From Sedimentisphaerales bacterium (lineage in GTDB: Bacteria > Planctomycetota > Phycisphaerae > Sedimentisphaerales > SM23-30), in the NCBI GenBank assembly GCA_963666285.1, contig OY762711.1: DNA of 64,000 nt; one strand, written 5' to 3'. Each line of letters starts with the position of its first letter. Position 1 is the first letter of the stretch. Shown one piece after another: positions 38,601-48,408 of the stretch. The notes beneath the pieces are model-generated. The model had not been told where the DNA came from. It searched no databases and saw only the letters and a program-made list of their open reading frames with translations. The position numbers were made by a program, and so were the translations under genes.

Positions 38601-41600
38601 GGACTATATGTTAAAGCTTCCTGGAGAATCAAACGGCATCGATCTGTCATGCCTTCATTTCGATAATATTCTGCAACATCCATATATTCTTGCGGGTTAT
38701 ACGTATCACTTAGATAACATTTTAGTACATATTCAGCTTCATAATACATACCATTATTTAACAGGGTCATACATATCCCAAAATAATCCTGACTGGATAA
38801 TTTGCAATTTGTTATGAGTAATATTCTTGACAAATCAATTCGCAAATCTTCAGGAATATCAGCATAACGCAGCGCATGTCTGATGAGCTGGTAACTTCTA
38901 TCTGGCGCATAAACCATCGCGGTCAAAACAACATTTGATATAAGTTCATATTGCTTCATCGAATCAATTATGTCAAGAGCAAGATAATATAACATTGTAT
39001 TTTCAGGCGAATGAGTTATATATTCATACACAACATATAATGTATCGTAAAGTTCTTCTTCGGCAATATCCATATTCAAAATTGAATCTACCGCATAACT
39101 CAATAATACAATATCTGGATTGCCATGTATAACTTCTTTTACCCTGGATAGTGCTTCAGCCTGCTTACCTGCTGCTATCGAAGCATTAACCCAGGAAAGC
39201 AGCAGTTCTCCATTATCCGGATATTTATCTAACATTGGCTGCAAAAGCTGCATTGCTCGCTCGTGATCTCCGATCAAACCGGCTGCGCAGGATTGTTGAT
39301 ATACTTTAATTAAATTGTTAATCGAAATCTCTTTTAGCTCGTTACGGACAAAATTAATTACTCCTGATTCACCTCTGAGAGAAGCCAATACTCCAAGCTT
39401 TCGCAAGTACATATCATAATTATCTTTATCTTTTTCAAGAAGCTGCATAAGCATTTGTTCGCACAAATTATAATCCTGGGTGATTAGATATGCCTGATGC
39501 TTAATCTGCAATGATTCTACTGTATCACTACCGTAATACTGATCTATCAAATCTGTTACTGAAACGGAATCCTGGATACTAAGATATATTGACATTAGAA
39601 GATAAAAAGTATCTACATCTTTTGTTTGTTCATATTCATATTCGAGATCAACTGTTAATTCCGGCAGTTTCCCTGTTTTCCTGGCAAGATCCAGTAGCTT
39701 TGTCTCTGCCGATACACCATCTGAATTTTTTGTCAGCTTCCATATTTCCTGCCATGCCTGATACGCCTTATCTAAATTATTAAACTTCTCGTATAGCATA
39801 GCTACAGACACATAATATTTTATATCAGAAGACTTATTGTATGCTTGTTTTAAAAGATCTATTGCTTTTTCCGGCTCGCCAACTTTCTCGTAAATTTGTG
39901 CAATTTCAGACTGCAAACTGTAAGGAAGAGTTTCCGATTCTAATAGATATTCAAGTATTTCAAAGAGTTCTGTTTTCTTGTTTTGCGCAATTAAAGATTC
40001 AGCGTACAGAATAGCCGCCTGAAAACCGATACCCTGATCTATTTCCATCATTTTTTTGGCGGCCTTTTCTGCTGTAGAAAATAAGGAATACCTCAATGAA
40101 AAATATGCCAGACTTATCAGATTGTCAGTATCAATATTGGTATCAATATAATCACTTAACATCTGACCGGCCTCATTTCGACGCCCTGCCATTATTTTCA
40201 GTCTTGCCTGAAACAAAATACTCAGCTTGATATCTGCAAATAATTTACCTACTTCATCATGCATATCGTTATCGGAAATCGAGTATGCTGATATTAATTG
40301 CTGATCCCAGAATTTATTATTAGAAATATCTGATTCCTGCTTGTTCCTTTGCCTGTTATAGATATTAATAAATTCACGATATTCTTTATTTAATATATAT
40401 GAGACGGCTATCATATCCGAATATTTTCCACTGTCTTTTTCAGGTTCGGCGACAGCTTTTATAATATTTCCCATATGCTGGCCGTTTTTATCGGCAGACA
40501 GCAATCCCCAGGCTAAAACCATTCTCCCAAAATAATACTCCAAATCGCCTGTAAGTATCTCGCTGAACATATCTGTTGACCTGGTAAAATCACCACACTG
40601 ATAATGAGCGATTGCACTTAAACATTTCAAATGATCATCATCAATGTCTTTATAATATAGGTCTTTAGTGGCAGCAGAATAATCACCATTTAAAATAGAA
40701 CTCAATAAATAATTCTTAGATTGGGCCGGATTTAGATCGCTTCTATCTAAATCTCGTCCCTTATCGTTAACTTCACCTGCAATGGTGTTACCTGCCAGTG
40801 ATAATGTTAAAACTATAAATATCACAGCATTGAGAAATTCGACATTTTTTCTTCTGAAATATATGCCAAACAAAAAGATAGATAATGAAATCAGGACAAA
40901 AAACTGCCAGATGTTTATACTTTCCGTAATATCCACCTCATTTACAGATCCTATTTCTGGCATATTATCATTCCATGGCATTCTATTTTTTTCGTTTATT
41001 AAATTATACGAACACTGAGCGCTGTCTAACACTCTGCCGCTGGAATCTGCTATTGCAACCGAATAAAAACCTGACTCCAAATCATCAAACTCAGCATGCA
41101 AACTAATGTTGCCGGTAGATGAGCAATACATTTGTTGTTCTGCTATTACCTTATTATCCATGATTAGCCTCGCTTTGGGCTTCTGAATACAGCATTCTAC
41201 CCCTGCTTCTAATCTATATTTTATATTAAGTTTATCTCCGACCTGGGCATATTCAAGAGTATCAGTTTTGTTTTTCCTGACTAACTGCTTACATAAATTC
41301 TGAAACAAAATGCTGGTACTATCATTATTATAAAAAAGAGTATTTCCGGTACAAAAAACCACCTGTCCCAAACCATAATGCCTTATACTTAAAACCGGGT
41401 TACCGTTATTGTCATACAAGATATTCTGGCTGTCCTGTTTAGATTTTGAAAAATAATAATTCTTCGATAAACTGAGACCGGCAAAATCAACATTGCTCAT
41501 AACCCTGTGTGGTAATCCAGGTAATAGATTAACTGAATCTATTCCTGCTGCATCTCCAATATTGGAATATACCGAGTTAAAATTTAACACCGGCATCGAA

Positions 41601-43267
41601 AACCTGTCTCTGGAATGGAAGAAAACCCCTTTACCAAGATTACTGATATTATACATCTTAGAGGCATTGACAGAATTATTAACACATATTGTTGAAAGCG
41701 TAATTTTATCTTTTGTGATAAGATTTATATCTCTGGACAAATCAATCTTTTCTATATTCCCGTCTGTAATAACGACTATATGCCTGGTAGATGAGTTAAC
41801 ATTTAATAGACCATAATAAGCTTCCTGCAAAGCTGGATATAATATTGTCGAACCTCCGTACGTGAGCCGATTGATTGCACGGTTTATCTCTAATGTGTTT
41901 GCTGCAGACTGCATTGGCGCTGCCCAACGCCTATTACCATAAAATTCGACAATTCCGGCCAGATCACGTTCTGATAGATTAGCAATAGTATTCCTTATTA
42001 TCTCTTTTGCAATTAATAATCGGTCACCCTCCATACTTTTTGATGTATCAATTACAAAGACTATTGCATTAGTCGAAACGGCATTCTGATTCTTTTGGTA
42101 AATATCAACCGGAAGCATTTCTTTCATATCTTTATTGTTTATAACTTTGTCATTAAAGAAGTTAGGACTTGGCAGAATCAACAACCCCATTCCTTCAAGC
42201 AATCTCTGCTGTATTACTTCAATAAATTCACTAATATTATTATCGATTCCCATATCTTGTACTACCAGTAAATCGGCTGAGAGCAAGTCTGACACTTCAT
42301 TCAATCTGCTTAGCTCCAGGTATCCGCCCAGTACTTGCTGAATATTTTCATAAACAGCGTCTTCTTCAACAAGCACAGAAACTTTGGGCATATCGCAGGC
42401 ATTAATGGACTTATAAATTCTATCATTAAGAATATCACATTCTTTGCCTTGAAGTTCAAATTCAAGATTTACATTTTTATTACTGACAGAAACCGGAATA
42501 TTTATAATATTTCTGCCTTCAGCAATAAGTAATTCGCCATCAATAACAACTGGATTATCGTTATTTTTTACTAAAACAGTAACATTGCATTCAATATTTG
42601 AATCGACAACTAATCTTGCCGTTATATTCTGGCCAACTGATATCGATGCTGGTAAAAATACATTTTCTAATGAAATACGTGGTTTCTTATCGGGGCTGGC
42701 AAGTTCAGTGTGAACCGATATGCCGGGATATACTCTGGCCAACTCATGAAAATTAATTATATTCTGAGTTTCAACTCCATCGGTATATAAATATATATCT
42801 CCTTTCCCTTCTAATATACTTACTGCATATAGAACAGCATCCCTGATATTTGACTGGTGAAAATATGTATCTGATACATTAGAAAATATCCCGCTCTTTC
42901 GCTTCCTCATATCTGGAAGTCTGCCTGTGTTTACATCATTAGAACCAACATGCAATGGCTTTTCTGCAAAAACTATATATTCCAGCTGATCGTAGTATTC
43001 TTTTTTCAATTCACTGGAAACTAATTCATTTGCACTATCTAAACCATGGTCGGTTATGCTTGCTGACACATCTATCAAACCTACAGCTTTCCTTGCTTTT
43101 TTTGTAAAACTGAGAACTGGCTGGCAATAAGCGGCAAAAATCATAAATATGCATGAAAATGTAATTAATAGCATTATCTTCCGGCGTCTTTGCAATTTTA
43201 AAAAGAACACCACGCTTAATATTGCAAGTGATATAAATAATATGACATAATTATTCCCTGCAAACAT
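35627..43267 (-). CDS. Giant membrane protein: two vWA domains, a CARDB/GATase-like region, a transmembrane hairpin and a long TPR-like helical tail
   Basis: MIDAS motifs IDVSAS...YTDG and IDTSKSM...ITDG; RHYGLGQV; two TM segments near residues 785-830; about 1700 aa of helical repeats. Confidence 0.8.
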   Translation of the reverse strand: MFAGNNYVILFISLAILSVVFFLKLQRRRKIMLLITFSCIFMIFAAYCQPVLSFTKKARKAVGLIDVSASITDHGLDSANELVSSELKKEYYDQLEYIVFAEKPLHVGSNDVNTGRLPDMRKRKSGIFSNVSDTYFHQSNIRDAVLYAVSILEGKGDIYLYTDGVETQNIINFHELARVYPGISVHTELASPDKKPRISLENVFLPASISVGQNITARLVVDSNIECNVTVLVKNNDNPVVIDGELLIAEGRNIINIPVSVSNKNVNLEFELQGKECDILNDRIYKSINACDMPKVSVLVEEDAVYENIQQVLGGYLELSRLNEVSDLLSADLLVVQDMGIDNNISEFIEVIQQRLLEGMGLLILPSPNFFNDKVINNKDMKEMLPVDIYQKNQNAVSTNAIVFVIDTSKSMEGDRLLIAKEIIRNTIANLSERDLAGIVEFYGNRRWAAPMQSAANTLEINRAINRLTYGGSTILYPALQEAYYGLLNVNSSTRHIVVITDGNIEKIDLSRDINLITKDKITLSTICVNNSVNASKMYNISNLGKGVFFHSRDRFSMPVLNFNSVYSNIGDAAGIDSVNLLPGLPHRVMSNVDFAGLSLSKNYYFSKSKQDSQNILYDNNGNPVLSIRHYGLGQVVFCTGNTLFYNNDSTSILFQNLCKQLVRKNKTDTLEYAQVGDKLNIKYRLEAGVECCIQKPKARLIMDNKVIAEQQMYCSSTGNISLHAEFDDLESGFYSVAIADSSGRVLDSAQCSYNLINEKNRMPWNDNMPEIGSVNEVDITESINIWQFFVLISLSIFLFGIYFRRKNVEFLNAVIFIVLTLSLAGNTIAGEVNDKGRDLDRSDLNPAQSKNYLLSSILNGDYSAATKDLYYKDIDDDHLKCLSAIAHYQCGDFTRSTDMFSEILTGDLEYYFGRMVLAWGLLSADKNGQHMGNIIKAVAEPEKDSGKYSDMIAVSYILNKEYREFINIYNRQRNKQESDISNNKFWDQQLISAYSISDNDMHDEVGKLFADIKLSILFQARLKIMAGRRNEAGQMLSDYIDTNIDTDNLISLAYFSLRYSLFSTAEKAAKKMMEIDQGIGFQAAILYAESLIAQNKKTELFEILEYLLESETLPYSLQSEIAQIYEKVGEPEKAIDLLKQAYNKSSDIKYYVSVAMLYEKFNNLDKAYQAWQEIWKLTKNSDGVSAETKLLDLARKTGKLPELTVDLEYEYEQTKDVDTFYLLMSIYLSIQDSVSVTDLIDQYYGSDTVESLQIKHQAYLITQDYNLCEQMLMQLLEKDKDNYDMYLRKLGVLASLRGESGVINFVRNELKEISINNLIKVYQQSCAAGLIGDHERAMQLLQPMLDKYPDNGELLLSWVNASIAAGKQAEALSRVKEVIHGNPDIVLLSYAVDSILNMDIAEEELYDTLYVVYEYITHSPENTMLYYLALDIIDSMKQYELISNVVLTAMVYAPDRSYQLIRHALRYADIPEDLRIDLSRILLITNCKLSSQDYFGICMTLLNNGMYYEAEYVLKCYLSDTYNPQEYMDVAEYYRNEGMTDRCRLILQEALTYSPDNNDLLLMQAYTYVSEGQYQEAFKLFRLIYQNYAVSISGETQTSNYAEMNKLRQTVLNGMMYSASDIDRQVVSLIEDEIMMCCEYCSDQNVYTRMMQFILDMTYVCRQTSRYEYLLKLADKIRVVNFDCYDKLQSFFDKIFEDLEPAGFNIASDDFNIDTEFSKLSYYSVNNDILKLYLSNCAVMQSNNSVFNSAKVFLENLQINKNVDKKIIRQFYYSIWSRLSDEQHLAFYDVVAGVSYEHNHYVILIKLDSGVLGQYPDDCILSSINITSDPAISTIEILSKSAMTSYENIINRFLQSLGDKAALQFLKLIIYLGANIDDDISVLLEQKIKTYSFSNENAENTFNDYINFFSSAVINKNLSLLLITKLIDEYPTEPAYQVIKLKCFQYSYDRDKYIIDVIASIENIINNSIINVNSSRMLETLVLVLSPKELLVIADNIQWENCKNIAACDYLRSLIYYYQGDYINAKVYAGYAYIKEPNCLVYRKNVASIYESTGDYQELADIFRANLEPKAGITPIVYHNLVGYYSLAGKSDLAVQMAKNVPDKLRKMDYLTVYYLMSNNEFMLQYFRDSFSTNSTSSYACKWPEMFTFGGITSRQLDNTVIMPFEHKLVYKIAQNKPVFRELQRFWMTVIDDNNTNILTYAQAYARYLYDPELLNKIEDDLSYRYKKQLLSLIDNYLIFSLFYHKHLTNNRHCDMVENSFGVLLTAFDDGLMLISKAYYNNADYEKAIRYAQMQFASNVFSYGKNLYRINYHEILYYLCELHEKELDGIHVSLNLLNCFLRQNPDESSALAAKLKLLMLCGNDDEADKLVMYIIDNIINTISKDHMLIEETLRYCARKGKMDIFKNIVSDCIGRTNQDDDYFYYDYILADVDPDDIKDFSDIVFEKINLQLDNEVMRASIAIRNYSLLAISVYDKSPETSKVYLNKANSLSNYDSINDLWLADAYYYCGDSETSKIIEKRLDSLGRLPYTRIMRSSEGVDRRGR

Positions 43268-44859
43268 TACTCGATAACCTCCCTTTGATATAAAACCGAT
43301 TCTAATAGCAATAAAGAGATTACTAGCAATGAGAATATTCCGTATAGACTTTTATGTTTGGACTTGAATATATTACTATCCTTTATTTTCTCAGTATTTG
43401 TGCTTATTTCATAAGTATCGAGTAACATATCCGCATTAGATTTTCCTGCCAATTCACTAAACGTATCACTTATCATATAATTCATAAACTTTATATAACT
43501 GCTTTGCTTCCAAAAACTCGATTCTAAATCAAACAAGGCCCCTGAAATATATAAATTCTCAATTTTGCCTATTTTACTTTTTGCAGCCAGATACTGACCA
43601 TTTGCATGCAATAGATACGGCCAAACACTAATATCACAAGAAAAACCGTCAGTTGATTTGATAAATATATTATCATATTCATTACTATATCCTGGAGAGT
43701 CAAAACCCATAGCAGGAGTTGCTTTAGAGTATGATTCTGCTGTTTCGTATGGCTTGACAACTATCCGAGAGTGTGTTTCATCAGCATCATCAGCAGTTAT
43801 TAGAATGTCTGCATTTGTCTTGGTTTTTACCGACTTAAACCTGATATCCGAATCCAGATAAAGCTTCAAAGAAACCGGTAATTCTATTTCAGAATAATAA
43901 TTAACATTGCACGTTGCATCTTCTAATGTGTTATCTCCGGGAAATAGGTCTTTACTCAGCAATCGAAAAACCGGCTCGTGCAAGCCAGTGGGAATTGTGT
44001 ACGCGAAGGTCTGATAGGTACCGCTTTTCATTTTTTCTGGAAATGACAATACCTCCTGATTACCATCAAATAATTTAACAGTAAAATTATACTCTTGCTC
44101 ATCCGGACCAAAGCATACTAATGACAACATCGCTTTGTCAATTGCTAATTCTTCGCTTGTAATTATTTTGACATCTAAAATCGCAATATTGAAATTAGTT
44201 TCAATCGGGTTTAAAACATAAAAACCGCCATAATCGTCAATATCTCCCGCTATACCCAAACCCTTGTCAGAAAATACAAATACCTGTGTTTCAGGCATAG
44301 AACCGACAATTGACTTGGCTGTAGCAAGGGCATAAATACAACTGCTGTCTCCGGAGTTTTTTCCAATTTTCAATTGAGCGATATTATTTAAAACTAAATT
44401 TTTATTACCTGATTGTTCTGTGTATATATCGACAGTATCACTATAACTGATTATAGTTATTTGATCATAATGATCTATATTTTCCAAAAGATCGTAGCAG
44501 TCCAGTTTTGCCTTGTCTAAACGTGAAATACCTTTCCCGGGTATAATTTCACCCATAGTATCTCTGGTATCAAAGACAAATATGTAATTTTGGTTAATCC
44601 CACGGGTTATTACCGGGTGCAGTAGTGTTATACAATAAAATATTAATATCAGTATTAAAAATAGAAAGGTTCTGATATTATAAAATTTACCGGAGATTTT
44701 ATTATATTTTACACCGCCGGATACCTGACTCCAAAAATATAATCCAGCTACTGTAATTCTTCTTCGCCTTGTATGCAAAAAATGACAGCAAAACAATACT
44801 ACTGCGCTTATTAGAAACACCAATGCAGTAATATATATTGTCAAACCACTAAAGATCAA
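43267..44859 (-). CDS. BatA-like N-terminal double-TM + vWA domain protein
   Basis: HFL..RRRRITV.GLYFW BatA-like N-terminus; degenerate MIDAS FDTRDTM...FSD; C-terminal TM ending LLLES; RBS AGGAG before TTG. Confidence 0.75.
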   Translation of the reverse strand: MIFSGLTIYITALVFLISAVVLFCCHFLHTRRRRITVAGLYFWSQVSGGVKYNKISGKFYNIRTFLFLILILIFYCITLLHPVITRGINQNYIFVFDTRDTMGEIIPGKGISRLDKAKLDCYDLLENIDHYDQITIISYSDTVDIYTEQSGNKNLVLNNIAQLKIGKNSGDSSCIYALATAKSIVGSMPETQVFVFSDKGLGIAGDIDDYGGFYVLNPIETNFNIAILDVKIITSEELAIDKAMLSLVCFGPDEQEYNFTVKLFDGNQEVLSFPEKMKSGTYQTFAYTIPTGLHEPVFRLLSKDLFPGDNTLEDATCNVNYYSEIELPVSLKLYLDSDIRFKSVKTKTNADILITADDADETHSRIVVKPYETAESYSKATPAMGFDSPGYSNEYDNIFIKSTDGFSCDISVWPYLLHANGQYLAAKSKIGKIENLYISGALFDLESSFWKQSSYIKFMNYMISDTFSELAGKSNADMLLDTYEISTNTEKIKDSNIFKSKHKSLYGIFSLLVISLLLLESVLYQREVIE

Positions 44860-44879
44860 TCAGCAAACTCCTAATAATA

Positions 44880-45036
44880 TAGATAACCTCTGGAAATCGT
44901 TTTGATGCGATAATTTCTGGTTGCTGACAAGAAACATGAAATCGTGCATATTGGCCTGTATTCACTGTTATATGTGGCACATGTCAGCAGACATAAGAAA
45001 AACTTCACGCTTCTAATGAGTTTTCATAGGTTACCT
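44880..45036 (+). repeat. Dispersed palindromic element, copy 3, inside the MoxR operon
   Basis: Ends AGATAACCTCTGGAAA / TTTCATAGGTTACCT; shares TTGCTG.CAAGAAA.AT.AAATCGTGCATATTGGC with copy 2. Confidence 0.75.
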
Positions 45037-45897
45037 TTATATATATAACATACCATTTGTAGTAATCTGTTTTAAGTTATCTATCATATCCAAATCTGCA
45101 TTGATATCATAATATGGCCAGTTATTCCTGGCTGCGCAATGCCTGATTATCTCAAAATACTTTCTATAAATCTTCTTATACTCTGATATAATATCGTTAT
45201 CCACAAAGACTGATAGTTGGCTGTCATTTTCAGCATCATCTAATATATATGAACCAGATAAGTCAGGTTGGGTCTCTATACCGGTAAAAATATTAAATAT
45301 TACGGTCTGCTGACTTTTGCCTGCCAATGCACTTAACAGATATTCCGGGCCTTGTGGGCATACCAGATCTGAGATAATGATTAATCTTTCTCCTGGCATA
45401 ACAGTAGATAATGATTCCTTTATTTTACCGGCACCTTTATCACCACCTGGAATCATATTTTCTACTACGTAAAACAAATATTCTGCATATTGAACCGGTA
45501 AAGTACTTACTTTTGAAGGGATATCAGCATTAACTAATTTTATTTTCATATTGTACTGCAATAAAAGATATATCAATACGGCTGCCGTCTTTTTTACTGC
45601 TAATATCTTTTTCTCACCTCCACATACAACTGAATCTGACAAATCTATATAAATACTAAATACCGGCGATTCTATGCGTTCACGTTCTTTTAGCACAAGC
45701 ATTCTTTTGTCTGTATAATGATGCCAGTCAATATTTCTAATATCATCACCCGGCATAAAATGCCGGTAATCTGCAAAATCATTATTACCACCTGCCCGTG
45801 AATTGGTAATACCGCCTTCAAAATTCAAACCAGCTGATTTATTGAAACTGACTGAAAGTGATTTTGTTATTTCTAATTCTTCTTTACTTAAAATCAA
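45037..45897 (-). CDS. DUF58 domain protein
   Basis: DFADYRHFMPGDDIRNIDW, IDLSDS and IISD motifs. Confidence 0.9.
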   Translation of the reverse strand: MILSKEELEITKSLSVSFNKSAGLNFEGGITNSRAGGNNDFADYRHFMPGDDIRNIDWHHYTDKRMLVLKERERIESPVFSIYIDLSDSVVCGGEKKILAVKKTAAVLIYLLLQYNMKIKLVNADIPSKVSTLPVQYAEYLFYVVENMIPGGDKGAGKIKESLSTVMPGERLIIISDLVCPQGPEYLLSALAGKSQQTVIFNIFTGIETQPDLSGSYILDDAENDSQLSVFVDNDIISEYKKIYRKYFEIIRHCAARNNWPYYDINADLDMIDNLKQITTNGMLYI

Positions 45898-45942
45898 ATT
45901 TTCCGGCCCTCATTTATAGATCAATTGGCATTGGCTTTACCT

Positions 45943-46953
45943 TCACCGTTCATCCAGAACATCGATTATTTCAGTAATAAGCTTATCAATATTCCCAGTT
46001 GTCGAAATAACTGAAAAATGTGTTAACAATCTGTGTCTTAGAACTGCATGAGCCATTTTCTTTATATCTGACTTGGACACAGCTGTCCTGCCGTCAATCA
46101 GAGCCTTGACTTTACCGGTCATTACCAGGGCTTGAACTGCTCTGGGTCCGGCTCCCAGCACAATATCATCCCGGACTGATGTTAACCTGCTGTTTTCTGG
46201 CTGTGTATTCAAAACCAGTTGTACGGCAAAGTCTAATACGTCGTCAACTATATGCACACTTCGTACCAGTTTCCTCATCTCCATTAACACATCAACATCA
46301 ACAACTTTTACTGGCACATATGTTTTTAGTGATGTTGTTTGTGATATAATTGCCCGATAATCAGACCCGCTGGGATATTGAACCTGAAGTTTTACCATAA
46401 ATCTGTCAACTTCTGACTCAGGTAAAGGATATGTTCCTGAATGCTCTATTGGGTTTTGTGTGGCAATTATCAAATTTGGTTGCGGTAAACCATATGTCTC
46501 TCTGCCTATTGTTATCTGCCCTTCCTGCATCGCCTGCAATAATGCGGATTGAGTCTTCGGCGTTGCCCGGTTAATCTCATCTACCAGGACGTAATGCGCC
46601 ATAATCGGACCCTGCTGAAATGTTAACTCGTGTACGCCTCCTTCGGATTCAACCAGAGTTTTATACCCCAGCACATCTGCCGGCATAAGATCAGGCGTAC
46701 ATTGGATACGTTCAAAAGTAAGATTCATTGAACGAGCCAGGCTGTGAGCAAGTACGGTCTTGCCAACTCCCGGTACTCCTTCTAACAGCACATGACCTCC
46801 TGCAAAAAAAGCTGTTAACAAATTATCAACCAGCTCGTCCTGTCCGTAATAGGCCTTTTGAACCTGATCTTTTATTCTGTTATATGTCGTTACAAATAAT
46901 TCTATTTGCTCTTCAACAGACATGCCGCTGTCTATGAAATTTTTTCTCATCAT
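45943..46953 (-). CDS. moxR: MoxR-family AAA+ ATPase
   Basis: GGHVLLEGVPGVGKT, RIQCTPDLMPAD, DEINRATPKTQSALL, ATQNPIE.SGTYPLPE..DRF and VLRHR. Confidence 0.95.
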   Translation of the reverse strand: MMRKNFIDSGMSVEEQIELFVTTYNRIKDQVQKAYYGQDELVDNLLTAFFAGGHVLLEGVPGVGKTVLAHSLARSMNLTFERIQCTPDLMPADVLGYKTLVESEGGVHELTFQQGPIMAHYVLVDEINRATPKTQSALLQAMQEGQITIGRETYGLPQPNLIIATQNPIEHSGTYPLPESEVDRFMVKLQVQYPSGSDYRAIISQTTSLKTYVPVKVVDVDVLMEMRKLVRSVHIVDDVLDFAVQLVLNTQPENSRLTSVRDDIVLGAGPRAVQALVMTGKVKALIDGRTAVSKSDIKKMAHAVLRHRLLTHFSVISTTGNIDKLITEIIDVLDER

Positions 46954-46986
46954 ACATATTCCAATTATTGTAATAAATTCTGAATG

Positions 46987-48408
46987 CTAATTACAACCAG
47001 CAGCAGAATTGCCTGAAGTACTGAAACTCTTTCTAACCAAATCAAAATAACGTTTTTGTTGTTTTATGAAATCAGTTGTATACGTAAAATTTTCAATAGA
47101 ATTCTCTGATGCAGTTCCAACTATGGGTGTTTCAAACTCGTCACTTGATGCCGGCTTTACTGCATTTACTATTCCAATATGTTCGCCTTTAGAAACCATA
47201 GGTGTTACATATATATCTTTTGTTATGCCTGTCAATACCATTGATATTGTTCGAGATTTTTTTATTTGAGACTCGTACTTTACTGTTGAATTTGTTAACC
47301 TGTTCTCATTTCTGTTACCAATATTGAAACCGGAAATATCGCTATTGGTATCTGGTAAAGATACATCACGCCTATTATTCTTATCATTTTGAAATAAACT
47401 CTGATTTTTTAAGCCGGATGAAAAATTAAATGTAAAATATTCTGGAGAATCAACCTGCCAGTTGCCCTTTTTGCTTTTAAGCGAAGAATCTACAGCATCT
47501 TGACTGCCGTCCTTTGAATTCGTGCCAAAAGTCTGGTTAGTAATATCGCTGGGAATTGATTGCTGGTTATTATATCTGTCGGTATTATTATTTACTGCTG
47601 AAGCAAGGTTAGTGCCTGCTATTTTAGAATTTGTGTGAATTTCAGCTTTGCTGTCAATAAAACCCGAATTATCGGGAGCTGCATAAGGAGATTTAAAACC
47701 GGAAATATTTGATACTTTTAACGCTGCAGAATCGCTATTTTTTAATGATTTACTATCAATTATACCGGTATTTTCCAAAGATTTAGTATCAATCGCAGTT
47801 GAAATTGAATATATTTCATCCGGCGTTTTATCAATATCCAATGAAACAACACTACTATTATTTACATTCGATTTCAATATAACATTGTCAACCAGACTGA
47901 CAGCACTCAAAATAGAAATTAGAACAATATTAAAAACCAGCAGCAATGGTAAATTAATTTTTTTCTTTTCAATTAAAACCGGAATATCATTACAACCCTG
48001 CAAGCATCTTATACCTTTATTTATCGCGTATAATGCATAATTATCTTTTTCTTGACTCTTACTTAAATAATATGAATTCAGAATAACATTGTGTAAATTG
48101 GATTCACGATCAATGACTGATATTATTTCTTCATCTGTTATTTTTTTTAACATTGAAAAAATCATTGTGACAACTATTGCTGCAATAAAAATGCATTCGT
48201 TGACAGCTATCATAACTACCCATGAAACATCGTAGTCCAGCATTAGAACAAAGCACACTTGCAATATGGCAAAAATCACTATCAATGACATAAATTTAAA
48301 AATATTCGTAACAACATTATTCCATATTATTCTGCGATGATATCTGTACTTAAAACCTGATGCCATCTCGATAATCTGGTTGTGATAATTATTATTAGAA
48401 ATATTCAT
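46987..48408 (-). CDS. Hypothetical membrane protein with a low-complexity S/N-rich region
   Basis: Three N-terminal hydrophobic segments, IDRESNL motif, C-terminal QKRYFD; position upstream of moxR; start uncertain (48408 or 48447). Confidence 0.65.
   Translation of the reverse strand: MNISNNNYHNQIIEMASGFKYRYHRRIIWNNVVTNIFKFMSLIVIFAILQVCFVLMLDYDVSWVVMIAVNECIFIAAIVVTMIFSMLKKITDEEIISVIDRESNLHNVILNSYYLSKSQEKDNYALYAINKGIRCLQGCNDIPVLIEKKKINLPLLLVFNIVLISILSAVSLVDNVILKSNVNNSSVVSLDIDKTPDEIYSISTAIDTKSLENTGIIDSKSLKNSDSAALKVSNISGFKSPYAAPDNSGFIDSKAEIHTNSKIAGTNLASAVNNNTDRYNNQQSIPSDITNQTFGTNSKDGSQDAVDSSLKSKKGNWQVDSPEYFTFNFSSGLKNQSLFQNDKNNRRDVSLPDTNSDISGFNIGNRNENRLTNSTVKYESQIKKSRTISMVLTGITKDIYVTPMVSKGEHIGIVNAVKPASSDEFETPIVGTASENSIENFTYTTDFIKQQKRYFDLVRKSFSTSGNSAAGCN

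Noticed and set aside
14826..45036. CRISPR array or autonomous IS explanation for the repeated element
   Set aside because: Copies are dispersed, about 160 bp long and not regularly spaced; no cas or transposase ORF in the window.
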